Positions 1 to 8,592 of a DNA stretch of 32,000 nucleotides are shown here, piece by piece (position 1 is the first letter of the stretch; each line of letters starts with the position of its first letter). The position numbers and the translations under genes were made by a program. The notes below the pieces were generated by a model. It ran no database searches and was not told the origin of the DNA. It was given only the letters and a program-made list of their open reading frames with translations. The DNA is from an uncultured Opitutales bacterium. Its GTDB lineage: Bacteria; Verrucomicrobiota; Verrucomicrobiia; Opitutales; UBA9783. Where the stretch lies: positions 60,001 through 92,000 of the forward strand of contig CAKUSQ010000001.1 in NCBI GenBank assembly GCA_934691225.1. Reading direction: 5' to 3'.

Positions 1-2
1 TG

Positions 3-155
3 CAGTTTCTCGAAAGAATCAACGGCAACACACAATCAGGACAATATCTTTCAAAAAAATTCATCTTACCACAACCATGGATAGATTTCTTATTTAGACT
101 CACACATCTCCCTTATTGGAATGAATTATCACAAAAATTTCATAAAAATCTATGA
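3..155 (+). CDS. 3' end of a gene entering from the left edge (product unknown)
   Basis: Frame 3 is open from the window edge to TGA at 153-155 (...PQPWIDFLFRLTHLPYWNELSQKFHKNL*). The stop overlaps the ATG at 152 as ATGA, a typical translational-coupling junction. It is absent from the ORF track because it has no start codon inside the window. Confidence 0.4.
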   Translation, partial: QFLERINGNTQSGQYLSKKFILPQPWIDFLFRLTHLPYWNELSQKFHKNL

Positions 156-2617
156 AAAAATTTTTGTGTCTCCAGGGCCTACTTCTAGGGTTAGGCATAA
201 GCGTATGGTTTTGTTCAGAAATAACTTACGAATTATCCAACCCCTTGATCAAAAAGTTTTTGCATCTAAAATACCATCTAGAATGCTCAAAAATTCTATT
301 GCATAAAAATACAATTACATTGCTCAATTGTAAATTTCAAAATGAAAAACTGCAATTCTCTTGCCCCACAATCATATTTTCGTTGAAAAATTTCTTAACA
401 TCAAAATTTCTTCATCAAGTCACTATTCATCAAGCTTCAGGTAAAATAGATGATAATACTATTCATCATTTGACAGCGCACCTCCAAATAAAAAACAATA
501 CTTATCGTGGATTTTGCACAACAGAATTTAATAATATTAAAAACATTAACATTTACTGCTCAAAATTTCTACCTATCGATGCTATTTACCACTTTTCTCC
601 CACATCTATTATTCCACATTCCACCACTGAATTATCCATAAATTCATTACAAATTTACATTCCAAATGCAAAAATTTTACAAACCCATTATAAAATCACC
701 GCTTTACGAACAAACCACTTTCAAGCAGACACCCTAATTGGGCAAACATTGCTGGGGCATGAACAAGTTTTTAATCGCATAAAAGCTACAGACATAACGT
801 TTAATCATCACACTTTTACTAATTTATACGCAAATGTAAGCAATAACTCTACCTTTTCAACATTTACAAATCTGAACCTATCAGGTTACACTCATCTAGA
901 TTTTATCAAAAATATACATTTTTTTGGGCATGCACCTGTTATTTATCTCGATAAGCCATTTGAAACACATGTTCAACTATCCAACGATCAAATAAATGCT
1001 TACGGGAAAATTTACCTAACAACAAACCTATCCATCTTAAAAACAGAAAAAATTGCAGGTAATTTTTCAGAAGGTTTATACAAACTTTTTGCAAAAAATT
1101 ATTCTATTCCTTACAAAATTAGACTGAAAAAAAACGTAAATTTTTTTGCTTACCTAAAACCATCCCATATTTCTTTGGCCTTAAATACGAAACATATTAT
1201 CATTGAACATCAACCTTTTAAATGCGTACGCGCTCATCTATCATTAAAAAACGATAATCATCTCGTTTATAAAATCAATTTTTCTCCTCAACTACACTTA
1301 GAAGGCAATCATTATTTTAAAGAAAAAACAGGCGATCTTATATGTCAAGGATACGTCGCTCCTGAACTTACATTTCCTTTAAATGATTGGCTACCTCCAT
1401 GGTGGCAAACTTTCATAAACCATTTTCAGTTTTACCAAAAATACCCTTACGCTAATTTTAAATTACAATGGAATGATGAAAAAAATACATCCCAACTTTT
1501 TGGTAATGTTCATATCAAACAGAGTTATTTTAAAAATATTCCGCTTGAAAAATTAAATGTAACCTTTGGTCATCAACCCAATTATTTTTATTTAAAAATT
1601 AACACTTTAAAAACAAAAGATGGAAGCGGTGCATGTGAAATTCACTGGCCTTACAGTGTTTCTAAATGGCCGCAAGAAGCCTGGATATTTAATGGAAATG
1701 GGATCTTTAATGTTCACGAATGGCAAGCTATTTTAGAAAATTTCATAGAAAACGCAAAAGCCGCAACTTCTTTAAATTTATTTGATACAAACTCTATCCT
1801 AAAGACACAATTTACAGGCACTATTTACAGTTATGAAACTTTAGAAAACCATCTAAATATTCATGCATTTTCCCCAGGAACCACAGTAAAAAATTTTCCT
1901 CTTAAAAATTTAACCTTTGATTATCGTTGGACACCTAATAAAACGTTACTGAAAAATATACACGGAAATCTATTCAATAAAGCACCATTTTCAGGCAAGG
2001 CAAAAATTTCTAAACCTTACTTTAAATTTTATTTTCATGGAGAAAATATTGAATCTAAGTATTTGATCGAACATCCGCTCTTAAAAACCTGGACATCCGC
2101 AATTCCAACTGAAAATTTACCTTCTTATCAGGGAACTTTCGAGCTCACATTGCAAACGAAAGGTCAATACACACCTCAAACCAAATTTCATGGCCAAGGG
2201 TATATCGATTTTAAAAATAAAAATTTGTCTAAAATACATTTATTAGGCCCATTACGCGGCTTATTTTCAAAAAAACTAAAAGATCAGCCCTCCATTCAAT
2301 TTGATCAATTTGTATCTAATTTTTCATTTACTCAAGAGGTCATCAAATCGAATCAAACATACCTATTAGGACCCAGTGCTCGCGGAGATCTTCAAGGCAA
2401 TATAAATCTGCTTGACCAACGCTTATGGGCCGACATTCATTTCTCATTTCTCGATTATCAACGATTAAAATTTCCTATTATGAGACATTTATTTCAAGTT
2501 TTTCAGCCTATATCTAAAGGGTTTTCTGCAAACATTCAAGGGACTTTTAAAAATCCTCAATGGAAATTGACTTTTAATCCTCTACGATTTGTATTACCCA
2601 ACTCTAATAAAAAGTAA
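152..2617 (+). CDS. Large envelope protein, AsmA/TamB-like (N-terminal membrane anchor, long beta-rich body)
   Basis: This is an 821-aa ORF with an N-terminal hydrophobic anchor (FLCLQGLLLGLGISVWF). The C-terminus (...GDLQGNINLLDQRLWADIHFS...IQGTFKNPQWKLTFNP) resembles the AsmA-family C-terminal segment as I recall it. Coding status is high confidence. The family call is tentative. Confidence 0.5.
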   Translation: MKKFLCLQGLLLGLGISVWFCSEITYELSNPLIKKFLHLKYHLECSKILLHKNTITLLNCKFQNEKLQFSCPTIIFSLKNFLTSKFLHQVTIHQASGKIDDNTIHHLTAHLQIKNNTYRGFCTTEFNNIKNINIYCSKFLPIDAIYHFSPTSIIPHSTTELSINSLQIYIPNAKILQTHYKITALRTNHFQADTLIGQTLLGHEQVFNRIKATDITFNHHTFTNLYANVSNNSTFSTFTNLNLSGYTHLDFIKNIHFFGHAPVIYLDKPFETHVQLSNDQINAYGKIYLTTNLSILKTEKIAGNFSEGLYKLFAKNYSIPYKIRLKKNVNFFAYLKPSHISLALNTKHIIIEHQPFKCVRAHLSLKNDNHLVYKINFSPQLHLEGNHYFKEKTGDLICQGYVAPELTFPLNDWLPPWWQTFINHFQFYQKYPYANFKLQWNDEKNTSQLFGNVHIKQSYFKNIPLEKLNVTFGHQPNYFYLKINTLKTKDGSGACEIHWPYSVSKWPQEAWIFNGNGIFNVHEWQAILENFIENAKAATSLNLFDTNSILKTQFTGTIYSYETLENHLNIHAFSPGTTVKNFPLKNLTFDYRWTPNKTLLKNIHGNLFNKAPFSGKAKISKPYFKFYFHGENIESKYLIEHPLLKTWTSAIPTENLPSYQGTFELTLQTKGQYTPQTKFHGQGYIDFKNKNLSKIHLLGPLRGLFSKKLKDQPSIQFDQFVSNFSFTQEVIKSNQTYLLGPSARGDLQGNINLLDQRLWADIHFSFLDYQRLKFPIMRHLFQVFQPISKGFSANIQGTFKNPQWKLTFNPLRFVLPNSNKK

Positions 2618-2636
2618 AAAATTAGCTTTACAACTT

Positions 2637-2645
2637 TGCTATAAT
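2637..2645 (+). promoter_or_regulatory. Extended -10 promoter candidate for rpmI-rplT-pheS
   Basis: TGcTATAAT has TG at 2637-2638 and TATAAT at 2640-2645, 14 nt upstream of the rpmI ATG. There is no good -35, which is acceptable for extended -10 promoters. Confidence 0.35.
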
Positions 2646-2659
2646 AGCTTTCACTTAAA

Positions 2660-2860
2660 TTGTATATGCAAAAGACTAGAAAATCGATTGCTAAAAAGTT
2701 TAAAATTACAGGAACGGGAAAAGTTATCTTTCGGAAGCCTGGCTATAGGCATTTCCTACGTCATAAATCACCTACACGTTTGCGCAATGCAACAAAAGAT
2801 TTATGTTTGGACAATGCTAAACAAGCAAGTACCGTTAAAGAAGCTATGCCTTTTGCTTGA
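2660..2860 (+). CDS. rpmI: 50S ribosomal protein L35
   Basis: MYMQKTRKSIAKKFKITGTGKVIFRKPGYRHFL... matches the L35 pattern MPKMKTHKGAAKRFKxTGSGK. The size is 66 aa and it lies immediately upstream of rplT. Confidence 0.9.
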   Translation: MYMQKTRKSIAKKFKITGTGKVIFRKPGYRHFLRHKSPTRLRNATKDLCLDNAKQASTVKEAMPFA

Positions 2861-2882
2861 TTTTACGCAAGTATGAATTGTT

Positions 2883-2913
2883 CGATGTAAGCGTTAACGA
2901 CGACCTTACATTG
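2883..2913 (+). promoter_or_regulatory. Stem-loop in the rpmI-rplT spacer (possible translational/processing element)
   Basis: CGATGTAAG (2883-2891) pairs with CTTACATTG (2905-2913), giving 9 bp including one G-U. The 13-nt loop contains the self-complementary CGTTAACG. No U-tract follows, so it is not an intrinsic terminator. Confidence 0.3.
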
Positions 2914-2936
2914 GCTTAAAAGATAGAAATGTAATT

Positions 2937-3293
2937 ATGACAAGAGTAACAAATGGAGTTGCAACAAGACAACGTCGTAAGCGGGTTCTAAAACAAACGC
3001 GAGGTTATTTTGGTAATAAATCTCGTCTTTTTAGGTATGCACACGATGCTTTTTGGCGCGCAGGAGCTTACGCTTTCCGTGATCGTCGCAAGAAGAAATC
3101 TGAATTTCGTCAGCTTTGGATTGTACGCATTAATGCAGCCTGCCGCAGCGCTGGAATTTCTTACAGCCGCTTTATCAACGGTTTAAAGAAATTAAATATT
3201 GAATTAGACCGTAAGCAATTAAGCGAATTGGCCATCCGAAACGCTGATGGTTTTAAGTCGCTCGTTGAAAAAGTTAACGCTGTCAATCAGTAA
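2937..3293 (+). CDS. rplT: 50S ribosomal protein L20
   Basis: MTRVTNGVATRQRRKRVLKQTRGYFGNKSRLFR...FRDRRKKKSEFRQLWIVRINAA is the canonical L20 sequence pattern. Confidence 0.97.
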   Translation: MTRVTNGVATRQRRKRVLKQTRGYFGNKSRLFRYAHDAFWRAGAYAFRDRRKKKSEFRQLWIVRINAACRSAGISYSRFINGLKKLNIELDRKQLSELAIRNADGFKSLVEKVNAVNQ

Positions 3294-3299
3294 AATTTC

Positions 3300-4334
3300 A
3301 TGGATACACTCGAACAGCTTCAATCGGTTGCCATTCGTACTATTCAAGCATGTGAAAGTGTGTCTGAAATTCATAGTTTAAAAGCTCAATATTTAGGCCC
3401 TAAAAGTCAAATATTGAGTATTTTAAAAAATCTAAAAAATTTGCCTCCAGAAGCCAGGGCTAGTGAAGGTAAAAAAGTTAACTTAATTAAGCAATCATTA
3501 GAACTTGCAATCTCTGAAAAAATTAAGATATTACAAAACAATGAACGCTTACAAAAGTTGGGGTCTCCTATTGATCCAAGTTTGCCCTCCACCTATGCAA
3601 CTTCTAAGCCTTTGCACCCGTTGACTCAAACGCGGCAGCGCATTTTATCCATATTTAAACAGCTAGGATATACAATTGCTGAAGGACCAGAAATTGAAAC
3701 AGAATGGTTTTGTTTTGATGCATTAAATGTCCCCATTAATCATCCTGCACGAGCCGAAAAAGATACGTTTTTCTTTGATAATAATGTTTCGGTATCTACC
3801 ACAAAAAAGAAGGAAAATGAACTTTATTTATTAAGGACGCAAACATCAACGGTTCAAATTCGAAGCCTCGAAAAACATACACCTCCTTTTAAGGTTGTAT
3901 CACCAGGACGTGTTTTTAGGCGCGATACGGTAGACGCAACTCACAATTTCAATTTTCATCAAATTGAAGGTCTGTGTATTGACAAAAACATTTCGTTAGT
4001 AGATCTTAAAGGAACTTTAGATTATTTTGTTAAAAAATTTTTTGGTAAATCTTTCAAGACGCGCTTACGTCCCAGTTTCTTTCCTTTCACAGAACCTAGT
4101 TTTGAAATGGATATTTTTGTCCAAGATCTAGGCAAATTTCACAACACGTGGATTGAAGTTTGGGGCTGTGGAATGGTAAATCCAAACGTTCTCCGTAATG
4201 CGGGTATTGATCCTAATGAATGGCAAGCTTTTGCTTTCGGTTTTGGTGTTGAACGTTTAACCATGCTGCTTTATGGCATTGAAGATATTCGTCGTTTTTA
4301 TCAAAATGATGCTCGTTTTCTATCTCAGTTTTAA
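3300..4334 (+). CDS. pheS: Phenylalanine--tRNA ligase alpha subunit
   Basis: Class II aaRS motifs are present (HPARAEKDTFF, LLRTQTSTVQIR, GRVFRRD, FHQIEG, FFPFTEPS, GFGVERLTML). The size is 344 aa and it follows rplT. Confidence 0.97.
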   Translation: MDTLEQLQSVAIRTIQACESVSEIHSLKAQYLGPKSQILSILKNLKNLPPEARASEGKKVNLIKQSLELAISEKIKILQNNERLQKLGSPIDPSLPSTYATSKPLHPLTQTRQRILSIFKQLGYTIAEGPEIETEWFCFDALNVPINHPARAEKDTFFFDNNVSVSTTKKKENELYLLRTQTSTVQIRSLEKHTPPFKVVSPGRVFRRDTVDATHNFNFHQIEGLCIDKNISLVDLKGTLDYFVKKFFGKSFKTRLRPSFFPFTEPSFEMDIFVQDLGKFHNTWIEVWGCGMVNPNVLRNAGIDPNEWQAFAFGFGVERLTMLLYGIEDIRRFYQNDARFLSQF

Positions 4335-4392
4335 CCACACTTTTTAGAAAAAAACCTTTACTTAAGTCATTTTTTTCGGAGATAATATAGAC

Positions 4393-5394
4393 GTGAAAGT
4401 TTTAGTAACAGGCGGTTCAGGTTTTTTAGGGCGGCATTTATTAGAAGCATTAAAAACGGCAGGTTATTCAAATCTTCGAACTTTTAATAGAAATAACTGC
4501 CAAGATTTAAAAGATATCGAAATTCTTTATGGGGACCTATGCAACTACGAAGATGTTTGTCGTGCTGTAGCAGGATGCGATGCAGTTTTTCATGTCGCTG
4601 CTAAAGCTGGAATTTGGGGAACGTACAATTCTTACTATAAAATCAATGTCACAGGTACGCAATACGTTTTGCAAGCATGCCTTAAACATCAAGTAAAATA
4701 TTTAATTTACACAAGCTCTCCCAGTGTTGTATTCAATGGTGAATCGCTCGCTAATGTTGATGAACAAATCCCTTATGGCAAACGCTCTAAAATGTGCGCT
4801 TACGCACACACAAAGATGTTGGCCGAACAATTAGTATTGAAAGCAAATGGTCAACAAAATTTAAAAACAGTTGCACTTCGTCCTCACTTGATTTGGGGCC
4901 CTGGAGACAATCACTTGATCCCCAATATTTTGAAGGCTGCTCGCAAACATCGATTGTTTCAGGTAGGACATGGAGATAATTGGGTAGATATTTCTTATGT
5001 AACGAACGTTGCGCAAGCTCACTTGTTAGCTTTGGAGGCACTCAAAAATGTAACCTGCCACGTTGATGGCAAGGCTTACTTTATCTCTCAAGGCGACCCT
5101 GTCCAATTATGGCCATGGATTAATCAATTACTTTCAAGATTAAATCTACCAAAACCCATCAAAAAAGTACCTGCCAATGTTGCTTTTTTTGTAGGAGCCC
5201 TGTTTGAATTGGTTTATAAAATATTTTGTATCCATCATCAACCTCCTATGACTCGGTTTGTTGCCAAAGAATTATCGCAAGATCATTACTTCAATATCTC
5301 TGCAGCAAAAATGGATCTGCATTACCTCCCTAAGGTATCTAATGAAGAAGGAATGGATATTTTAATCAACGCATTGACTCATCAAAAAAAATAA
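4393..5394 (+). CDS. NAD(P)-dependent extended SDR, 3-beta-hydroxysteroid dehydrogenase/isomerase family (OleD-like)
   Basis: The gene has a GTG start preceded by GGAG. It carries a Rossmann motif (VTGGSGFLG) and the catalytic YAHTK (YxxxK). Its 333 aa and overall layout fit the 3beta-HSD/OleD type. Confidence 0.8.
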   Translation: MKVLVTGGSGFLGRHLLEALKTAGYSNLRTFNRNNCQDLKDIEILYGDLCNYEDVCRAVAGCDAVFHVAAKAGIWGTYNSYYKINVTGTQYVLQACLKHQVKYLIYTSSPSVVFNGESLANVDEQIPYGKRSKMCAYAHTKMLAEQLVLKANGQQNLKTVALRPHLIWGPGDNHLIPNILKAARKHRLFQVGHGDNWVDISYVTNVAQAHLLALEALKNVTCHVDGKAYFISQGDPVQLWPWINQLLSRLNLPKPIKKVPANVAFFVGALFELVYKIFCIHHQPPMTRFVAKELSQDHYFNISAAKMDLHYLPKVSNEEGMDILINALTHQKK

Positions 5395-5420
5395 ATTTTA
5401 TCTACAATTTTCCATTAAAA

Positions 5421-5448
5421 TTGACAATATTTCCGCAAGATTTAGAAT
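5421..5448 (+). promoter_or_regulatory. Sigma70-type promoter placed for a leaderless pseudopilin mRNA
   Basis: The layout is TTGACA (5421-5426), 16 nt, TAGAAT (5443-5448), 6 nt, ATG (5455). There is no room for a Shine-Dalgarno sequence. Confidence 0.5.
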
Positions 5449-5454
5449 ATATTT

Positions 5455-6072
5455 ATGCGGATAGATAAAAGACGTGGGATATCGTTATTAGAAGTGCTTA
5501 TCTCAGCCAGTTTATTTACGATTGTTATCTTAGGTATTTCACAAACGGTACTCCTGATGCACCGTTATGCAAGTGCTAATCTTTGTAAAAACCAAGCACA
5601 TTTATTAGCAACAAGTTACTTTGAATCCCTTTTATGCGACACCCATCCGTACGAATTTATCGATGCAAACGATCATAAAACAATTGGGAATAACATCACT
5701 TTACGCGATATTACTGATCCAACCCAAACAATCACGTTTAAATTTGATATGGATCAAAAACTGACCCAAAATAAAGCGAAAAATTTAAATACATTCGTTT
5801 TAAATGTAGCTGGAAGATCTATAAATGTGTATATTGCTTTATACGTTCAGGATTCACTTGCTTACGACAATGCCTTCAATAACATAAAAAGGGAAGCTAT
5901 TAATCCTCCTGAAGGTTTTCAGTCGTTAAGACTCACTTATTGGTGGGAAAGTCCATTAATGCGCCAACCCGACGCTGATGCCGTAAAAGGATCTCTAGAA
6001 TACTTAAATTGTCTTCCTAAAAACGAACTTTACGCTATTCGACCTATGCAACCTGATGATCCAGGAGCATAA
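5455..6072 (+). CDS. Prepilin-type (type IV pilin / T2SS pseudopilin-like) protein
   Basis: The N-terminus MRIDKRRG|ISLLEVLISASLFTIVILGISQ has a short basic leader, Gly at -1, Glu at +5 and a hydrophobic helix. This is the class III signal cleaved by prepilin peptidase. Confidence 0.7.
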   Translation: MRIDKRRGISLLEVLISASLFTIVILGISQTVLLMHRYASANLCKNQAHLLATSYFESLLCDTHPYEFIDANDHKTIGNNITLRDITDPTQTITFKFDMDQKLTQNKAKNLNTFVLNVAGRSINVYIALYVQDSLAYDNAFNNIKREAINPPEGFQSLRLTYWWESPLMRQPDADAVKGSLEYLNCLPKNELYAIRPMQPDDPGA

Positions 6073-6075
6073 CAT

Positions 6076-7272
6076 TCAATTTGTTTTAACGTTTAACTTC
6101 CGGCCATTGAAAATTACATAACTTAAAATGGCTATACCAATAAATAGCTGAATTCCAACAAATGTTACCATAAAATTATTTACACAATTGATAACAATTG
6201 AAAAAACAGCATTAACCCCCACTTGACAAATAGAAATAAATGAACTTGCCATACCAATTTTATTATTCGGGACTGCATTCAGTGCTCTTTCTTGCATCAA
6301 TGGTCTAAAAAATGACCCAGCAATATTATGAAATAAGATAGGTAGCAATAGGCAAAATTTAAAACTTACGCACGTCTTATTCCAAAAAAACAACCCGATA
6401 ATAGCTGTAAATGCAAGCAATTGAAAGCAAAAAATTCGACCATATAAAACTGACTGCGACCAATGTTGGGTAAACTTTCTAAACAACAAGGAGCATATAA
6501 AATATGGAACAATAGGTAGCAATTGATACATAAGTAAATAATCAACATCGATATTAAAATGATGTACCAAAAGACTAAAATAACTTCCCCATAAAATGTA
6601 TCCTGACATAGAAAAACACGCCATCAAAGTCGGAATTAAAAACTGAGGATCTTTCCATAAATGATGAGTGGCTGATGGCGGGTTACCGGCTAGATTGGCT
6701 TCTGGAGCCATCACTGTAACTTCACGAGGTTGAAAAAGGTAAAAATAGAAAACAGCAAATGCTGTAATCGCAAAATAAACAATGTATGTCAAACGCCACG
6801 ATAAGTTCATTGAAAAAAGATTTCCCATTAATGGCAAAAAAATCGATGCCAGAGAGAAAAAAACTTGTTCTGCGGCAACAATAGAAGCTCGACCTTTGCC
6901 GGAGAAGAGTTTCATTAACAAAACTAACCCCATAACTTGCCCGCCTCCTAAGCCAAGACCTTGTATAAATCTAGCTGCAATAAACATATAGATATTGCTT
7001 GAACAACATGCCATCGTATGCCCTAGCAAAGCAACCCATAAAGCTATTAACATACATTTTTTACCACTGCAGTTATCCACCACAGCTCCCACTAAACAAC
7101 GTACAAAAAAGATAGCGCAAAAATAAACCGATAACGTTAACTTTAATTGATGTGCGGTTCCTAACAAATCTTGATTAATAAATAAAATACACTGGTTATA
7201 AACCGCATTGTGCGTTGTGTTTAAAGCACAAAGTAGCAATAATAAATAAAATAAACACGCAGTAGCCTTCAT
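6076..7272 (-). CDS. MFS transporter (Bcr/CflA-like drug/metabolite exporter family)
   Basis: This 398-aa protein has about 12 hydrophobic segments. The region ARFIQGLGLGGGQVMGLVLLMKLF and the loop after TM2 are MFS-like. Confidence 0.85.
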   Translation of the reverse strand: MKATACLFYLLLLLCALNTTHNAVYNQCILFINQDLLGTAHQLKLTLSVYFCAIFFVRCLVGAVVDNCSGKKCMLIALWVALLGHTMACCSSNIYMFIAARFIQGLGLGGGQVMGLVLLMKLFSGKGRASIVAAEQVFFSLASIFLPLMGNLFSMNLSWRLTYIVYFAITAFAVFYFYLFQPREVTVMAPEANLAGNPPSATHHLWKDPQFLIPTLMACFSMSGYILWGSYFSLLVHHFNIDVDYLLMYQLLPIVPYFICSLLFRKFTQHWSQSVLYGRIFCFQLLAFTAIIGLFFWNKTCVSFKFCLLLPILFHNIAGSFFRPLMQERALNAVPNNKIGMASSFISICQVGVNAVFSIVINCVNNFMVTFVGIQLFIGIAILSYVIFNGRKLNVKTN

Positions 7273-7289
7273 AGTATATGAAACAACTT

Positions 7290-7298
7290 ACTATATCA
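7290..7298 (-). promoter_or_regulatory. Extended -10 promoter candidate for the MFS gene
   Basis: The minus strand reads TGaTATAGT (reverse complement of 7290-7298), 17 nt upstream of the ATG at 7272. Confidence 0.3.
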
Positions 7299-7390
7299 CC
7301 GATTTTAAAAAAACAAAGTGTTTTTATTTAAAATTTTATAATATTTTATTCGATAAAACTACTTACAAAAGTCTTTTTAAAATTCTAACA

Positions 7391-7419
7391 TTGATTTTAC
7401 TAGCGATAAAAGGTATAAT
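7391..7419 (+). promoter_or_regulatory. Near-consensus sigma70 promoter placed for a leaderless gspF/pilC mRNA
   Basis: The layout is TTGATT (7391-7396), 17 nt, TATAAT (7414-7419), 6 nt, ATG (7426). Confidence 0.55.
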
Positions 7420-7425
7420 AATATT

Positions 7426-8592
7426 ATGGTATTGTTCGAAGATTCAAGCGTCGAAAGTAAAAAAGAAACTCAAGAAACACAAGGTCAAGGCTGGCAAATT
7501 AGTCAACCCAGTCCTTCCTTTGGGAAAAGTTCTATTGATAAAAAAGCTAGATCCACGCACATAAAATTAGAACAACTTTGTATTTTTGCAGAACAATTAT
7601 CTTCTATGCTCAAAGCAGGACTTCCTCTATCACATGCACTGGATACCATTGTTGAAGAAATTGATGATAAAATTTTTAAGTACATCCTAACGCAAATCAA
7701 AGAAAATATTTTTGCAGGTGAATCTTTTTCAAACAGCTTACGGCAATATCCCAATGCCTTTCCTCCTCTTTTTTCCAATATGGTTGAAGCGGGTGAAGTT
7801 TCTGGATCCTTACCTGACGCTATTCAAACCATCTCAAATTACTTGGATGCTTCATTAAAGCTTTCAAAGAAATTTAAAAGCGCACTTACTTACCCCATTG
7901 TCATTATTTCCTTATCTGCATTGCTTGTAATGGGTTTAATGCTCTGGGTAGTTCCTGTTTTCGGAGACATGTTTGGTGGATTTGGTGCAAAACTACCCTG
8001 GCTAACACAAAAATTAATTAACATAAGTAATTTTATAAAAGACAACATTATTTGGATTATTATAACTGCCTCTCTTGGATTTATAGGTGGGAAAAAATTC
8101 TTTCTATCGCCTAACGGTGCTAAATTCTTAGATATTGCGTTACGTTACGTTCCTATTTTCGGCAACCTTGTCAAAAAAACTAACCTTGCACGTTTTTGCA
8201 GAACCTATTCTGTACTGCTAGCCAACGGCGTACCTATCCTAAAATCCATAGATATTTGTGCCAATGTTGCTAATAGTTTTTATCTAACACAAGCTTGCGA
8301 AAAAATCAAAAAAGGAATCCAAAGTGGTCAACAATTATCTTCACTTATGAGCACTATTCCCTACTTCCCCAAAATTGTTTGCAACATGACTAAAGCTGGA
8401 GAACAATCGGGAAATGTCGAGAAAATGGTTCGTAATGTAGCTACTTTATACGAAAATGATGTAAATAATATTGTCGCATCCTTGACTTCTTTAATGGAAC
8501 CTTTCATCATTTGCTTTCTTGGAATTGTAATTGGCACCATTGTTATTGCAATGTTCATGCCAATATTCCAATTATCTTCTTTAGTGCATTGA
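7426..8592 (+). CDS. gspF: Type II secretion / type IV pilus inner-membrane platform protein (GspF/PilC family)
   Basis: Two GspF-type repeats are present (LEQLCIFAEQLSSMLKAGLPLSHAL...FPPLFSNMVEAGEVSGSL and LARFCRTYSVLLANGVPILKSI...FPKIVCNMTKAGEQSGNV). There are three TM segments. The C-terminus is LMEPFIICFLGIVIGTIVIAMFMPIFQL. Confidence 0.9.
   Translation: MVLFEDSSVESKKETQETQGQGWQISQPSPSFGKSSIDKKARSTHIKLEQLCIFAEQLSSMLKAGLPLSHALDTIVEEIDDKIFKYILTQIKENIFAGESFSNSLRQYPNAFPPLFSNMVEAGEVSGSLPDAIQTISNYLDASLKLSKKFKSALTYPIVIISLSALLVMGLMLWVVPVFGDMFGGFGAKLPWLTQKLINISNFIKDNIIWIIITASLGFIGGKKFFLSPNGAKFLDIALRYVPIFGNLVKKTNLARFCRTYSVLLANGVPILKSIDICANVANSFYLTQACEKIKKGIQSGQQLSSLMSTIPYFPKIVCNMTKAGEQSGNVEKMVRNVATLYENDVNNIVASLTSLMEPFIICFLGIVIGTIVIAMFMPIFQLSSLVH

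Noticed and set aside
2589-2876. A 95-aa ORF overlapping rpmI, and a 61-aa ORF at 121-306 overlapping the AsmA-like gene start.
   Set aside because: The alternative frames encode L35 and the 821-aa protein respectively. These ORFs have no motifs and would require overlapping coding.
8511-8591. N-terminal extensions offered by the ORF track: 8511 for the PilM/N-like gene, 13631 for fabD and 26273 for trxB.
   Set aside because: The extensions overlap the upstream gene by 57-82 nt and add non-homologous residues. Internal ATGs at 8592, 13688 and 26144 give canonical N-termini (for example MRTLLLFPGQGAQ and MSQPEKVIIVGSGCAG) and tight coupling to the upstream stop.
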